Assembly (NCBI GenBank): GCA_947307445.1
Contig: CAMZJD010000001.1
Coordinates: forward strand, 1-48,357
Source: an uncultured Candidatus Saccharibacteria bacterium
Lineage (GTDB): Bacteria > Patescibacteriota > Saccharimonadia > Saccharimonadales > Saccharimonadaceae
Length of the DNA: 48,357 nt
Direction of reading: 5' to 3'
The position numbers were made by a program, and so were the translations under genes. The stretch's first letter is position 1. Every line of letters begins with the position of its first letter. Positions 35,237 through 44,135 of this stretch are shown here, in pieces. The notes under the pieces are model-generated. The model was not told the DNA's origin. It worked only from the letters and a program-made list of their open reading frames with translations, and ran no database searches.

Positions 35237-36033
35237 TGGCAAAGAAAACTACTATGAGTCACCGCCAAATACGCCGCCAAATTCGCAAGGCTAACCACAT
35301 TGCTGCCGTTGACCCTGGGCGCGACCGTCGCATTTGTTTGCGCATTTTGTTGATACTATGCGCCATTGCCTTTTTGGTAGGGGAGAGCTTTTTGCTAGTC
35401 TACGCTAAACGTAGTTACGAGCATGACACAAGTGTTGAGTTGGCCGAGGAGATGATTGTAGACTTGAGCCTAATTGATACAGCCCTGCGCACCGGTGATC
35501 GCGCCGTTTATGATAAAGCATATGCCGGTTTTCATGATACGTTGGGGCAATTTGTTGAAAACGAGGACGTTAAAAAACACTCTAGCGTATTGGCGCAGCA
35601 ACTTGCCAATTATCACAATACGCTCCTAGATAACCGTGAACTCGCCGAAATAATTAATTTACGCACAGCCACAATGAAGATTAGTAACTCCGCCAATCTC
35701 GTTGAGAATGAGGCCATTGACGTCAAAAACCTCAACCAGACCAAAAAAGATTTTGAGGCACTTTTGGTTACGTTAGAACAAATATCCACGCCGGAACTAG
35801 CCGAGTTAAAAGAGAAAGCGATTATTATGACGAAAGAGTACATCAAATACCTCGATGATGCGGCTGTTTGTGTGGGCGTATGTTCTTCGAGCACTATCGC
35901 TGCGAAACAAAAACAGCTTCATTCCATTACAGACAAGTACTTGGCCGACTTCGAATCGCTAGATGCCGATTATTCCAAACCATACAATCCGAATTTACTG
36001 ATTATTGAGCTCAGTAAATATAGTAAAATATAA
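35236..36033 (+). CDS. Hypothetical membrane-anchored helical protein
   Basis: TAATG overlap with the OatA-like gene. Basic N-terminus, one TM, then a helical region. 265 aa. Confidence 0.55.
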   Translation: MAKKTTMSHRQIRRQIRKANHIAAVDPGRDRRICLRILLILCAIAFLVGESFLLVYAKRSYEHDTSVELAEEMIVDLSLIDTALRTGDRAVYDKAYAGFHDTLGQFVENEDVKKHSSVLAQQLANYHNTLLDNRELAEIINLRTATMKISNSANLVENEAIDVKNLNQTKKDFEALLVTLEQISTPELAELKEKAIIMTKEYIKYLDDAAVCVGVCSSSTIAAKQKQLHSITDKYLADFESLDADYSKPYNPNLLIIELSKYSKI

Positions 36034-36035
36034 AT

Positions 36036-36821
36036 ATGCATAAGATTCTTTTTCCAGAAGCATATAACGAATTCATTCAAAACGCCGCCTCACGTTTGCG
36101 CAATGAGGGCGTTTGTGAACCAATCATGGAAGTCTGCGACATCCAAAAGGCTTGCCAGATGGTCGCCGATGGTGAGGTTGACGCTATGGTGGCCGGTATT
36201 GATTATTCGTCGCGAGATGTAATTCTTGCCTGTCGCGATATTATTGGCATGGCCGGCCCAGAACCGCGCCCAGGCGAAAAGAAACTCTTCTCAAGTTTAT
36301 TTGTGGCCGATTTACCAGACGGAAAGCGTTTTATTATTGGCGATGGTGCTACTTGTAAAAACCCAACTGAAGTACAGCTTACTGATATTATTGAGCTAAT
36401 TCACGACGCTGCTATGCGCATTTTTGACGAAGATCCGCTCATCGCAATGCTTTCATTTTCTACGGCTGGTTCTGGCGGCAGCGATCCATCGATGGACAAA
36501 ATTGCCGATGCTATTACACTCGTACGTCAACGTCGGCCAGATATTATCATAGATGGCGAAATGCAGCTAGATGCGGCCGTTAATCCGCGTGTTGGTAGTA
36601 AGAAAATGCCTCATTCCGAAGTGGCTGGCCGAGCGAATGTTTTAATTACCCCTGATATTAATTCTGGCAATATTCTTTATAAATCTATTGAGCAGTTTGC
36701 GCACGCCCAAGTTGCTGGCCCGATTTTACTCGGTTTTAACAAGCCAGTGTCCGATTTGTCGCGCGGCTCTACTGTAGAAGATATCGTTTTAACTACAAAG
36801 TGCCTAGAGAAATTAATTTAG
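36036..36821 (+). CDS. pta: Phosphate acetyltransferase (short PTA_PTB-type)
   Basis: IGDGATCKNPT, AMLSFSTAGSG, IIDGEMQLDAA, VLITPDINSGNILYKS, PVSDLSRG. Confidence 0.75.
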   Translation: MHKILFPEAYNEFIQNAASRLRNEGVCEPIMEVCDIQKACQMVADGEVDAMVAGIDYSSRDVILACRDIIGMAGPEPRPGEKKLFSSLFVADLPDGKRFIIGDGATCKNPTEVQLTDIIELIHDAAMRIFDEDPLIAMLSFSTAGSGGSDPSMDKIADAITLVRQRRPDIIIDGEMQLDAAVNPRVGSKKMPHSEVAGRANVLITPDINSGNILYKSIEQFAHAQVAGPILLGFNKPVSDLSRGSTVEDIVLTTKCLEKLI

Positions 36822-36829
36822 GAGGTTTT

Positions 36830-38161
36830 ATGTATCAAGGTAAAAAAATATTTGTTTTTGGCATGGCACGCAGCGGTTATGAGGTGGCTAAGTTGCTAAG
36901 CCATTACGATAATGAAATCGTAGTAGCCGATGCCGTAGAGCAAGATGCTGAGCATGTGGCCGAACTGAATGATTATCGAGTGAAAGTCGAAATTACTGAC
37001 GACCCAGCCAAACTTCTCAACGACACCTTTGACGTGGTCGTAAAAAACCCAGGCATTAAAGCAGACCATCCTTTACTTAATCTTGCGCGCGAACTGAATA
37101 TTCCAATCGTCAACGAACTTGAAGTCGCCTATCATTTTATGGACCATGATGCGCAGATTATTGGCGTGACCGGCAGTAACGGTAAAACTACCACCATCAA
37201 TCTTGTACACGAATTCTTAATTAAAGAAAAAAACGATGTTATTCTTGGCGGCAACATCGGTACGCCATTGTCGCACTATGTACAAGACATTAAGCCATCT
37301 ACTATTCTCGCCCTTGAAATTAGCGACCATCAACTTTGCGATATGTATGATTTCAAGACGAATGTTAGCGTAGTGACTAATATCACGCCAACGCATTTGG
37401 ATTTTCATGGCTCCTTTGAGCACTACAAGGCTACCAAACATCGCATTTTTAATAACCACACAGCTCAAGATTATGCCATTCTCAATACGAACAATGAAGA
37501 ATCGCTTAAGATGGCCGAAGATATTCCAAGCCAGAAGGTCTACTATGGTAGTAATAATTTAGATAAATGCTACTTTGATCAGCGCGCAATTTATTATGAT
37601 GGCGAAGAAGTAGTTGAGCTTAAAGAAATATTACTCAAGGGAAAGCACAACTATGAAAATATATGCGCGGCAATTGCGGCCGTAAAAGTATACGGTATTA
37701 GCGATTCCGCCATCCGTGAAGTACTTGCTGAATTTAAGGGCGTTGAACACCGATTGGAATTTGTTGCCGAGTATAACGGCGTAAAATACTACAACGATTC
37801 TAAAGCTACTAATTGCGTCTCAACTAACATTGCCTTGCAGTCGTTCAATGAACCAACAATACTATTGCTTGGCGGTACCGACCGTGGCCATTCATTTTAT
37901 GATCTTCAAGATTCTATGGGGCACGTTAAGGCAATCGTGGCCTACGGTGAAACTAAGCATCGCATCGCGGATTTTGCCAAAGACTTAAATATTGATTGCA
38001 AGGTGTGCGACACTTTGACGGACGCCATGAATATCGTAAAAGAGCTTAGGGCTTCTGGCGATGTCGTGCTTCTTTCGCCGGCCTGTGCTTCTTGGGACCA
38101 ATACGCCAAATTTGAAGATCGTGGCGACGAATTCAAGCGACTAGTAAAAGAAATTAATTAA
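36830..38161 (+). CDS. murD: UDP-N-acetylmuramoylalanine--D-glutamate ligase
   Basis: ATG 36830 follows ggagg. GMARSG, GVTGSNGKTTT, Mur ligase C-domain (LLGGTDRG, LLSPACASWDQ). Confidence 0.92.
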   Translation: MYQGKKIFVFGMARSGYEVAKLLSHYDNEIVVADAVEQDAEHVAELNDYRVKVEITDDPAKLLNDTFDVVVKNPGIKADHPLLNLARELNIPIVNELEVAYHFMDHDAQIIGVTGSNGKTTTINLVHEFLIKEKNDVILGGNIGTPLSHYVQDIKPSTILALEISDHQLCDMYDFKTNVSVVTNITPTHLDFHGSFEHYKATKHRIFNNHTAQDYAILNTNNEESLKMAEDIPSQKVYYGSNNLDKCYFDQRAIYYDGEEVVELKEILLKGKHNYENICAAIAAVKVYGISDSAIREVLAEFKGVEHRLEFVAEYNGVKYYNDSKATNCVSTNIALQSFNEPTILLLGGTDRGHSFYDLQDSMGHVKAIVAYGETKHRIADFAKDLNIDCKVCDTLTDAMNIVKELRASGDVVLLSPACASWDQYAKFEDRGDEFKRLVKEIN

Positions 38162-38166
38162 TAAAA

Positions 38167-38189
38167 AATACCCCCGCGAAGGGGGTATT
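38167..38189. terminator. Bidirectional intrinsic terminator (murD / GH57)
   Basis: aataccccc/gcgaa/gggggtatt with A- and T-runs. Confidence 0.8.
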
Positions 38190-38191
38190 TT

Positions 38192-39442
38192 TTAATCTTG
38201 GTTCGCGAGCGTTGTGCCTTTGATTTCCATCTCCGGCTTCTTATTATATTTATCAAGCCGCATTCGGATATCGCGCATGACGTTCATGAAATAGAGGAAT
38301 GCATCAAATGGCGAATCGTATGGCGAGAAGTAAGCGTGTACGTCACCGTCATTAAAATACTTGGTACACATATAGTAGACCAAATCTGAAGTTTGCATCC
38401 GACGCCAATCTTCAATCAAATCTTTATCGCCCGTTGCCAAAATTTCTGGTTTCAAATCATAAAGATTCTTCATAGCTTCGTGTTGCATAGAATTGCCCAG
38501 CCAAGCAGTTAAATCTCGCTCACTGTCTGCCCAAGTCACGGTCCATGGCATCGAGATAGTGTCTCTTGGTTCCATCGAGTCGCAGGCTTCGGAGAGGGTC
38601 AAGAAATTAGCCTCGTTTTCTTTACTCCAACGGCTAACCAAAGTCTCAAAGAATTCAAAAATGCCAGTATCTTTCCAGATATTTTCGCCGAAAGTCTCAA
38701 AATCCATGAAAAGATTTAGCAGCGGGCCCTTCTCAGCGTCTTCGTCAAGCCAGCGAAGGTATTTATCAATTGTGAGTGGCCATTCATCCCAAGTCTTGTC
38801 TGAGAAGCGGAAGGCAATATCGTCTGAACGCTTATAGTTCTTAGTCAATAATTTGATGTTCTGGCAGCCTTCTGGGCGGTAGACGTAATTTGGGCTACGT
38901 TCGCCTAGGACCTTGTCCCACCCCTCGGCTAAGATGCCTTTAAAGCCATATTCCTCGGCCCAGTGCGCTAAATCATTATTATAACTAAACTCTGTATTGC
39001 GGAAAACTTTCGTATCTACGCCGAATAACTCACGGATGCGCTCTTGGTGAATGCGGACTTGCTCGGCAAATTCTTCTCGATCATAAAAGAATGCCAACGA
39101 ATGGTAATAGGTCTCGGCAGCAATCTCCATCCGCCCAGTCTTGGCCAGACGCTGGAGGCTCTCAATAACTTCTGGAGCCCATTCTTCGGCCTGCTCAATA
39201 AAGGACCCCGTCAGGGAAATGGAAAACTTGAAATTCGGATAAGTATTGATTAACTTTTCAAGCCGCTCGAGCATCGGGCGGTAAGACTTTTCGGCAACTT
39301 TCTTAAAAACACGCTCGTTATTCGTGCCAGCAAACCAATCCTTTTCGGTCCAATATTCGTGATCGTAGCCAACGGAGAAGATATTGTAATGCTTCAGCCG
39401 GCGCGGCTGATGCATATGTAGATAGAAAACGATCGATTTCAC
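38192..39442 (-). CDS. Glycoside hydrolase family 57 protein (alpha-glucan-active)
   Basis: The FYLHMHQPRRL N-terminus is typical of GH57. I prefer GTG 39442, 9 nt after GGAGGAG. The track uses GTG 39460, which abuts the upstream stop. Confidence 0.8.
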   Translation of the reverse strand: MKSIVFYLHMHQPRRLKHYNIFSVGYDHEYWTEKDWFAGTNNERVFKKVAEKSYRPMLERLEKLINTYPNFKFSISLTGSFIEQAEEWAPEVIESLQRLAKTGRMEIAAETYYHSLAFFYDREEFAEQVRIHQERIRELFGVDTKVFRNTEFSYNNDLAHWAEEYGFKGILAEGWDKVLGERSPNYVYRPEGCQNIKLLTKNYKRSDDIAFRFSDKTWDEWPLTIDKYLRWLDEDAEKGPLLNLFMDFETFGENIWKDTGIFEFFETLVSRWSKENEANFLTLSEACDSMEPRDTISMPWTVTWADSERDLTAWLGNSMQHEAMKNLYDLKPEILATGDKDLIEDWRRMQTSDLVYYMCTKYFNDGDVHAYFSPYDSPFDAFLYFMNVMRDIRMRLDKYNKKPEMEIKGTTLANQD

Positions 39443-39460
39443 CTTTAGTGTCTCCTCCAC

Positions 39461-40681
39461 TTAGAATCGGTTTCTTTTATGTCTGCTTACTTCATCATAC
39501 ACCTGAAGGCACTTCGCCGCAACGTCATCCCAAGAGATACGAGCGTACTCACGACGCACGCCATCTCTGAGCGTATTCGTAAGGGCAGGGCTTTCAGCGA
39601 TATTTACGAGCGCTCCTGCTAGTTTATCTTCATCCCAGAAATCATAGCGTACGATGGAGTTGAGAACTTCACCCACGCCGGATTGTTTCGTAATAATGAG
39701 AGCATTGCCATGATGTGCTGCTTCGAGCGCGGTTAAACCGAATGGTTCGGACACAGAGGACATTACAAAGACATCGGAAATGCTATAAATGTCGCGCAGC
39801 TGCTTACCGCGGATAAAGCCAGTGAAAATGACATTAGAAGAAATACCTAGCTCGGCAGACATCCGCATGAGTTCGTCTTTTTGCTCGCCATCGCCCGCAA
39901 AGAGGAAAATCATCTTTGGATGGATACTGACCGCACGAGCTGCAGCGCGCATGAGGTGTGCAAGGCCTTTCTGTAGGGTAAAGCGGCCAACGGTCGATAC
40001 GATCGTATAACCTTTCTTCTTGAGACCCTCAATGTATTGGTAGCTCGAACCATCGTAGTGGTAGTCATCATCTGGTGCATCGAAACCATTGTAGGCAACA
40101 TCGATTTTGCTCGGTGGTATACCATAGCGCTCAACGATGATGTTTTTCGTGGCTTGGCTCACTGCGATAATTTTATCGGCCCAGACTAGACCTTCGTATT
40201 CAATCTGGTGGATAAGTGGGTTACCACCATTTTCGCCACCACGATCGAACTCGGTCGCATGGACGTGTGCAACTAATGGAATGCCGTAGTTTTTCTTGGC
40301 TAAAATACCAGCTTCATAGGTCAGCCAATCATGCGCGTGGACCAAATCAGGTTTGTATTTCATCAAGTATTGCTCAACAAACTTGCAGTAATCTCTCTGA
40401 ATGTCGCGGATAGAGCATGGGCGACCTTGTGGGCAAATACAGTTTTTGTCTTCGACTGTTGAAGATGAATAGGCGTTGCCACCTCCGTAGAGGAACTCTG
40501 GACTCATTGGCGTTGCCGCCAACACATGCATGTAATCCAAGTGATGTTCCGCTTCGTACGGGACAACAAAATCAATGTCAGCGCCCATCTTTGCCAATGA
40601 TTTCGACAAATTCAAGCAAGCTACTCCAAGTCCACCGCTGTTGTGTGGTGGTAGCTCCCACCCTAACATTAAAATTTTCAT
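39461..40681 (-). CDS. Glycogen-synthase-like retaining glycosyltransferase (GT-B, GT4/GT5-like)
   Basis: MKILMLGWELPPHNSGGLGVAC N-terminus and an E-x7-E motif (EPFGLTALE). Directly upstream of the GH57 gene. Confidence 0.8.
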   Translation of the reverse strand: MKILMLGWELPPHNSGGLGVACLNLSKSLAKMGADIDFVVPYEAEHHLDYMHVLAATPMSPEFLYGGGNAYSSSTVEDKNCICPQGRPCSIRDIQRDYCKFVEQYLMKYKPDLVHAHDWLTYEAGILAKKNYGIPLVAHVHATEFDRGGENGGNPLIHQIEYEGLVWADKIIAVSQATKNIIVERYGIPPSKIDVAYNGFDAPDDDYHYDGSSYQYIEGLKKKGYTIVSTVGRFTLQKGLAHLMRAAARAVSIHPKMIFLFAGDGEQKDELMRMSAELGISSNVIFTGFIRGKQLRDIYSISDVFVMSSVSEPFGLTALEAAHHGNALIITKQSGVGEVLNSIVRYDFWDEDKLAGALVNIAESPALTNTLRDGVRREYARISWDDVAAKCLQVYDEVSRHKRNRF

Positions 40682-40786
40682 CTACTATTTAGTTTAGTAC
40701 TTATGCTTCCAAAACACAAGCGAAATGGTTGGATTTTTCGGACTTTTTTTGTAAAATTGTGGAAAAGGTACAGATAAGGAAACCAA

Positions 40787-41335
40787 ATGACGCAAAAATC
40801 AACTGCCAAAACATCAAAATCCGTTGTAAAAATTACAGAAACAGACAAAAAATCTGAAACCACGAATGTTGTAAAAAATACCGAAAAAGATGCCAAAGTC
40901 CATAAAAATGTTCCAAATGATGGTCCGCGGTGGTATCATTTTGTGGCTTTATTGGCCGTTTTGGCACTGGCGGTTTTTGCGGCAATTAAACTCGTTAGCC
41001 GCTATGACCTTTCAATTTTGGGTGCCGAGCACACGGTAGATGTGTTTCATGGCTGCACAGCCTCAATTGCTGGCCCGCTTAAGGAGGAGGACCTACATTT
41101 CCAGAGCTATGGCCTACATGTGGGCGATCTAATTGGCAAGAATGGTTTGACGAAGAATCGCGATGAGGCTTATGTCGAGATTATCAAATTCGAACAGGAT
41201 TACGTGATCGTGAATCGCCATTCCGACGATAATGATTGGGCGGAGCGTACAGTAGATTACGGCACTTTGCAGAGCGTTTACCTCTATCAAACCATGAGCG
41301 ATTGCAGCGAATCATTACTTTTCACAATATATTAA
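40787..41335 (+). CDS. Hypothetical membrane-anchored protein with Lys/Thr-rich N-tail
   Basis: 182 aa. MTQKSTAKTSKSVVKITETDKKSE.., then WYHFVALLAVLALAVFAAIKLV, then a ~110-aa C-domain. Confidence 0.55.
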   Translation: MTQKSTAKTSKSVVKITETDKKSETTNVVKNTEKDAKVHKNVPNDGPRWYHFVALLAVLALAVFAAIKLVSRYDLSILGAEHTVDVFHGCTASIAGPLKEEDLHFQSYGLHVGDLIGKNGLTKNRDEAYVEIIKFEQDYVIVNRHSDDNDWAERTVDYGTLQSVYLYQTMSDCSESLLFTIY

Positions 41336-41360
41336 ACGGTTGTCAAGAGCAGAACATCTA

Positions 41361-41389
41361 TTGACAAAAACGTGAAAACGTGATACACT
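41361..41389 (+). promoter_or_regulatory. Promoter TTGACA-17-TGaTACACT for orphan D
   Basis: ttgacaaaaacgtgaaaacgtgatacact. Confidence 0.55.
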
Positions 41390-41468
41390 ATTCAATGCAT
41401 GCGGGCAAATGCCCGCTGTACTTTAGCATGCTTCAATCCAAATCCGGATCGGCAGAATAGGAGGAAAT

Positions 41469-42071
41469 ATGCCAATATATTTCAACGTACCAACGCTCAT
41501 TTCTGGCGGGAGTAGTTACTCTTCGGGGTACATCCGCCGCAAAGCGCAATCCAAAGGCTTTGGCCATCGCGAGGCGCCCATGGAAATCAGCTGTGGCGTA
41601 ATGCGCGATATTGGCCCCTGCAACCTCGGCGTCGGCATTGAGCGCGACTTTACTGTCCAGGCGTATAGCTACTACGATGGTTTCTATATTTCTGGCCGCA
41701 AGAGGAGCGCCAATCCTGAACGCTACAGCGCGTTGATACTCGATCTATATACCGTGAACCCAGTTTCTGACCTCAGGGAGCGCACAGACGCCGTCTTAAT
41801 TCGCGAATGCGACAAAAAGCGCGTCGAAGTTCTTTCGGGTGGCGGCTATAATCCGCGAGGAGAACGTCTTTACGACAACATCTTCCTACGCGTCAAGCCG
41901 CCGGTCATAATCGTTATTCAGCGTTTCCGCAAACTGAAGAGGCTCATGCCTATCGACTATTTCTATCTGGTTACACCGCAAGGCGTCAAAGAAATCATGC
42001 CTCGCCGCGGCGATGACGCCACAGAACTGGCCGGAGTCTCTACCGACATTAACGATTGGATGTACATTTAA
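41469..42071 (+). CDS. Hypothetical protein (orphan cassette D)
   Basis: 200 aa with SD aggagg. GC-rich relative to its neighbours. No family recognised. Confidence 0.6.
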   Translation: MPIYFNVPTLISGGSSYSSGYIRRKAQSKGFGHREAPMEISCGVMRDIGPCNLGVGIERDFTVQAYSYYDGFYISGRKRSANPERYSALILDLYTVNPVSDLRERTDAVLIRECDKKRVEVLSGGGYNPRGERLYDNIFLRVKPPVIIVIQRFRKLKRLMPIDYFYLVTPQGVKEIMPRRGDDATELAGVSTDINDWMYI

Positions 42072-42081
42072 GCAACAAAAA

Positions 42082-42099
42082 CCGCCGAGTGATCGGCGG
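42082..42099. terminator. Bidirectional intrinsic terminator (orphan D / ABC operon)
   Basis: ccgccga/gtga/tcggcgg with aaaa before and tttt after. Confidence 0.75.
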
Positions 42100-42104
42100 C
42101 TTTT

Positions 42105-44135
42105 CTATAGCTCAAACTGTGAATTATAGAGATCGGCGTAGAAGCCACCTCGCGCCATTAGCTCTTTATGACTACCGGTTTCAATGATATTGCCCTCATT
42201 CATAACGAGGATTAAATCGGCGTTTTTAATTGTCGATAGGCGGTGCGCAATGATAAACGATGTGCGGCCTTCCATGAGTTTATCCATGGCTTTTTGTACT
42301 AATTCCTCCGTACGTGTATCGACGTTTGAGGTTGCCTCATCAAGGATTAAGAACGGCGCATCTTCAATCATGCCGCGCGCGATCGTAATGAGCTGCTTTT
42401 GTCCGGCCGAGATGGAGTCATTTTCGCCCACTTCGGTGTTGAGTCCATGTGGCAAAGTCTTGATGAAATGGCTTAAGCCGACCGTATCACAGACTTTCAT
42501 AACTTCTTTATCAGTGGCTGATGTATGGTTATAGACAATATTGTCGCGCACGGTGCCACTAAACATCCAGGTATCTTGTAAGACCATCGTAAAGAGAGAG
42601 TGGATTTCTTCGCGCGTCATCTCTTTAGTTGATACGCCATCAATGCGAATGTCGCCCGATTGAATGTCGTAGAATTTCATTAACAGATTCACCATTGTCG
42701 TTTTGCCGGCACCGGTTGGTCCAACAATTGCAATCTTCTGACCGGCCTTAGCCTTGGCTGAAAAACCCTTAATAGTCAATCTATCTTCACTGTAGCCAAA
42801 CTTTACATTATCAAATTCAATATCGCCACGCACCTCATCTTTGTTAAGATGTGCTTCTAAGCCGCGCTCGCTTGGCATTTCTTCTTCATCCAAGAACTCA
42901 AATACGCGTTCGCTAGACGCTGCCGCTGGCTGCAAACCGCCAATCGCTTGAGCAATACGCGAAAGCGGTGAAGAAAATAGGCGCGTATAAGATATGAATG
43001 CCACAATAATGCCGAAACTAATTACGCCATTCATGGTCAGTAATGCACCGCAAACGCAGACTGCTAGGTAGCCAAAATTGCCTACGAAGGCCATAAATGG
43101 ATGCATCATGCCAGACAAGAACTGACTTCTTTGGTTGGCGGTATGAATCTTTTTGTTTATTCTGTCGAATTTTTTATCGGCGGTCGATTTACCATCATAG
43201 GCCTTCACGACAGCGATGCCGGAATAGACTTCTTCAATATGCGCGTTGACATTACCGAGCTCAACCTGACGGTCGGTGAAGTATTTTTGTGACTTGGCCA
43301 AAATTACTGCCACAAAGACGAAGCCAAATAGACTTGAGATGATGGCCACCAATGCCAACATCCAGTTTGTCCAGAACATCATTACGGCGGCACCGAGAAG
43401 AAGGGAACCTTCACCAATAATCGTGCCAAAAGAGTTATCGAGGCTACTGGCCACCGAGTCGACGTCATTGGTAATTCTAGATAATACGTCGCCAATTTGG
43501 TGTTTGTCGAAATATTTTAATGGCAACTTGTTAATCTTGTGCGAGATTCGGTTGCGCAAATTGCGCGCAAAGCCGGCCGTAACCCGTGCCATAATCCAAC
43601 CTTCCAAGAATTCTAGCAGCGCTGAAGCTAGATAAACGCAAATCATAAAGATTGCCAAACTGCGAATGACGGCAAAATTCATCTGCGGGCGCAATAATGA
43701 TTGGATGGACTCTGGCAATCGATCAATTGCGGCATATAGTTTAGTGGCTACGGTCGCACGATCGCTTTCTTCGGTATTTTCATCTTGAGTCATGATTTCT
43801 TCTGCCACAGCAGAAAAAAGCACTTTATCGTCCACGGAAATCAACTGGCCGTCAATTACGCTATCACTGGTTGGATTCGCAGCAATTTCTTCGGCTATTT
43901 GGGTAATTTTGCTCCGGTCAATCATAATACCGGCCGAAATCTCGTCTGTAATTTGTGCGAGTTTTTCTGGCGCAATCACGGACAAAATTGAACCGCCAAG
44001 CGAAAAGATTATTGCGATCGCAATCGCGAGATAAAAACCCTTCATCTCACTCAGCATGCGCTTAATTGATTGACCGAAGTTTTTTGCTTTTATGCCGTCA
44101 TCGCGATGACGGCCGCTACCACCACCGTTAAACAT
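42105..44135 (-). CDS. ABC exporter permease/ATPase half-transporter (consensus Walker B, degenerate signature)
   Basis: ATG 44135 follows aaggagga (ATGTTTAA overlap with the upstream gene). GPTGAGKTT, ISAGQKQL, FLILDEATS. About 105-aa insert between TM1 and TM2. Confidence 0.9.
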   Translation of the reverse strand: MFNGGGSGRHRDDGIKAKNFGQSIKRMLSEMKGFYLAIAIAIIFSLGGSILSVIAPEKLAQITDEISAGIMIDRSKITQIAEEIAANPTSDSVIDGQLISVDDKVLFSAVAEEIMTQDENTEESDRATVATKLYAAIDRLPESIQSLLRPQMNFAVIRSLAIFMICVYLASALLEFLEGWIMARVTAGFARNLRNRISHKINKLPLKYFDKHQIGDVLSRITNDVDSVASSLDNSFGTIIGEGSLLLGAAVMMFWTNWMLALVAIISSLFGFVFVAVILAKSQKYFTDRQVELGNVNAHIEEVYSGIAVVKAYDGKSTADKKFDRINKKIHTANQRSQFLSGMMHPFMAFVGNFGYLAVCVCGALLTMNGVISFGIIVAFISYTRLFSSPLSRIAQAIGGLQPAAASSERVFEFLDEEEMPSERGLEAHLNKDEVRGDIEFDNVKFGYSEDRLTIKGFSAKAKAGQKIAIVGPTGAGKTTMVNLLMKFYDIQSGDIRIDGVSTKEMTREEIHSLFTMVLQDTWMFSGTVRDNIVYNHTSATDKEVMKVCDTVGLSHFIKTLPHGLNTEVGENDSISAGQKQLITIARGMIEDAPFLILDEATSNVDTRTEELVQKAMDKLMEGRTSFIIAHRLSTIKNADLILVMNEGNIIETGSHKELMARGGFYADLYNSQFEL

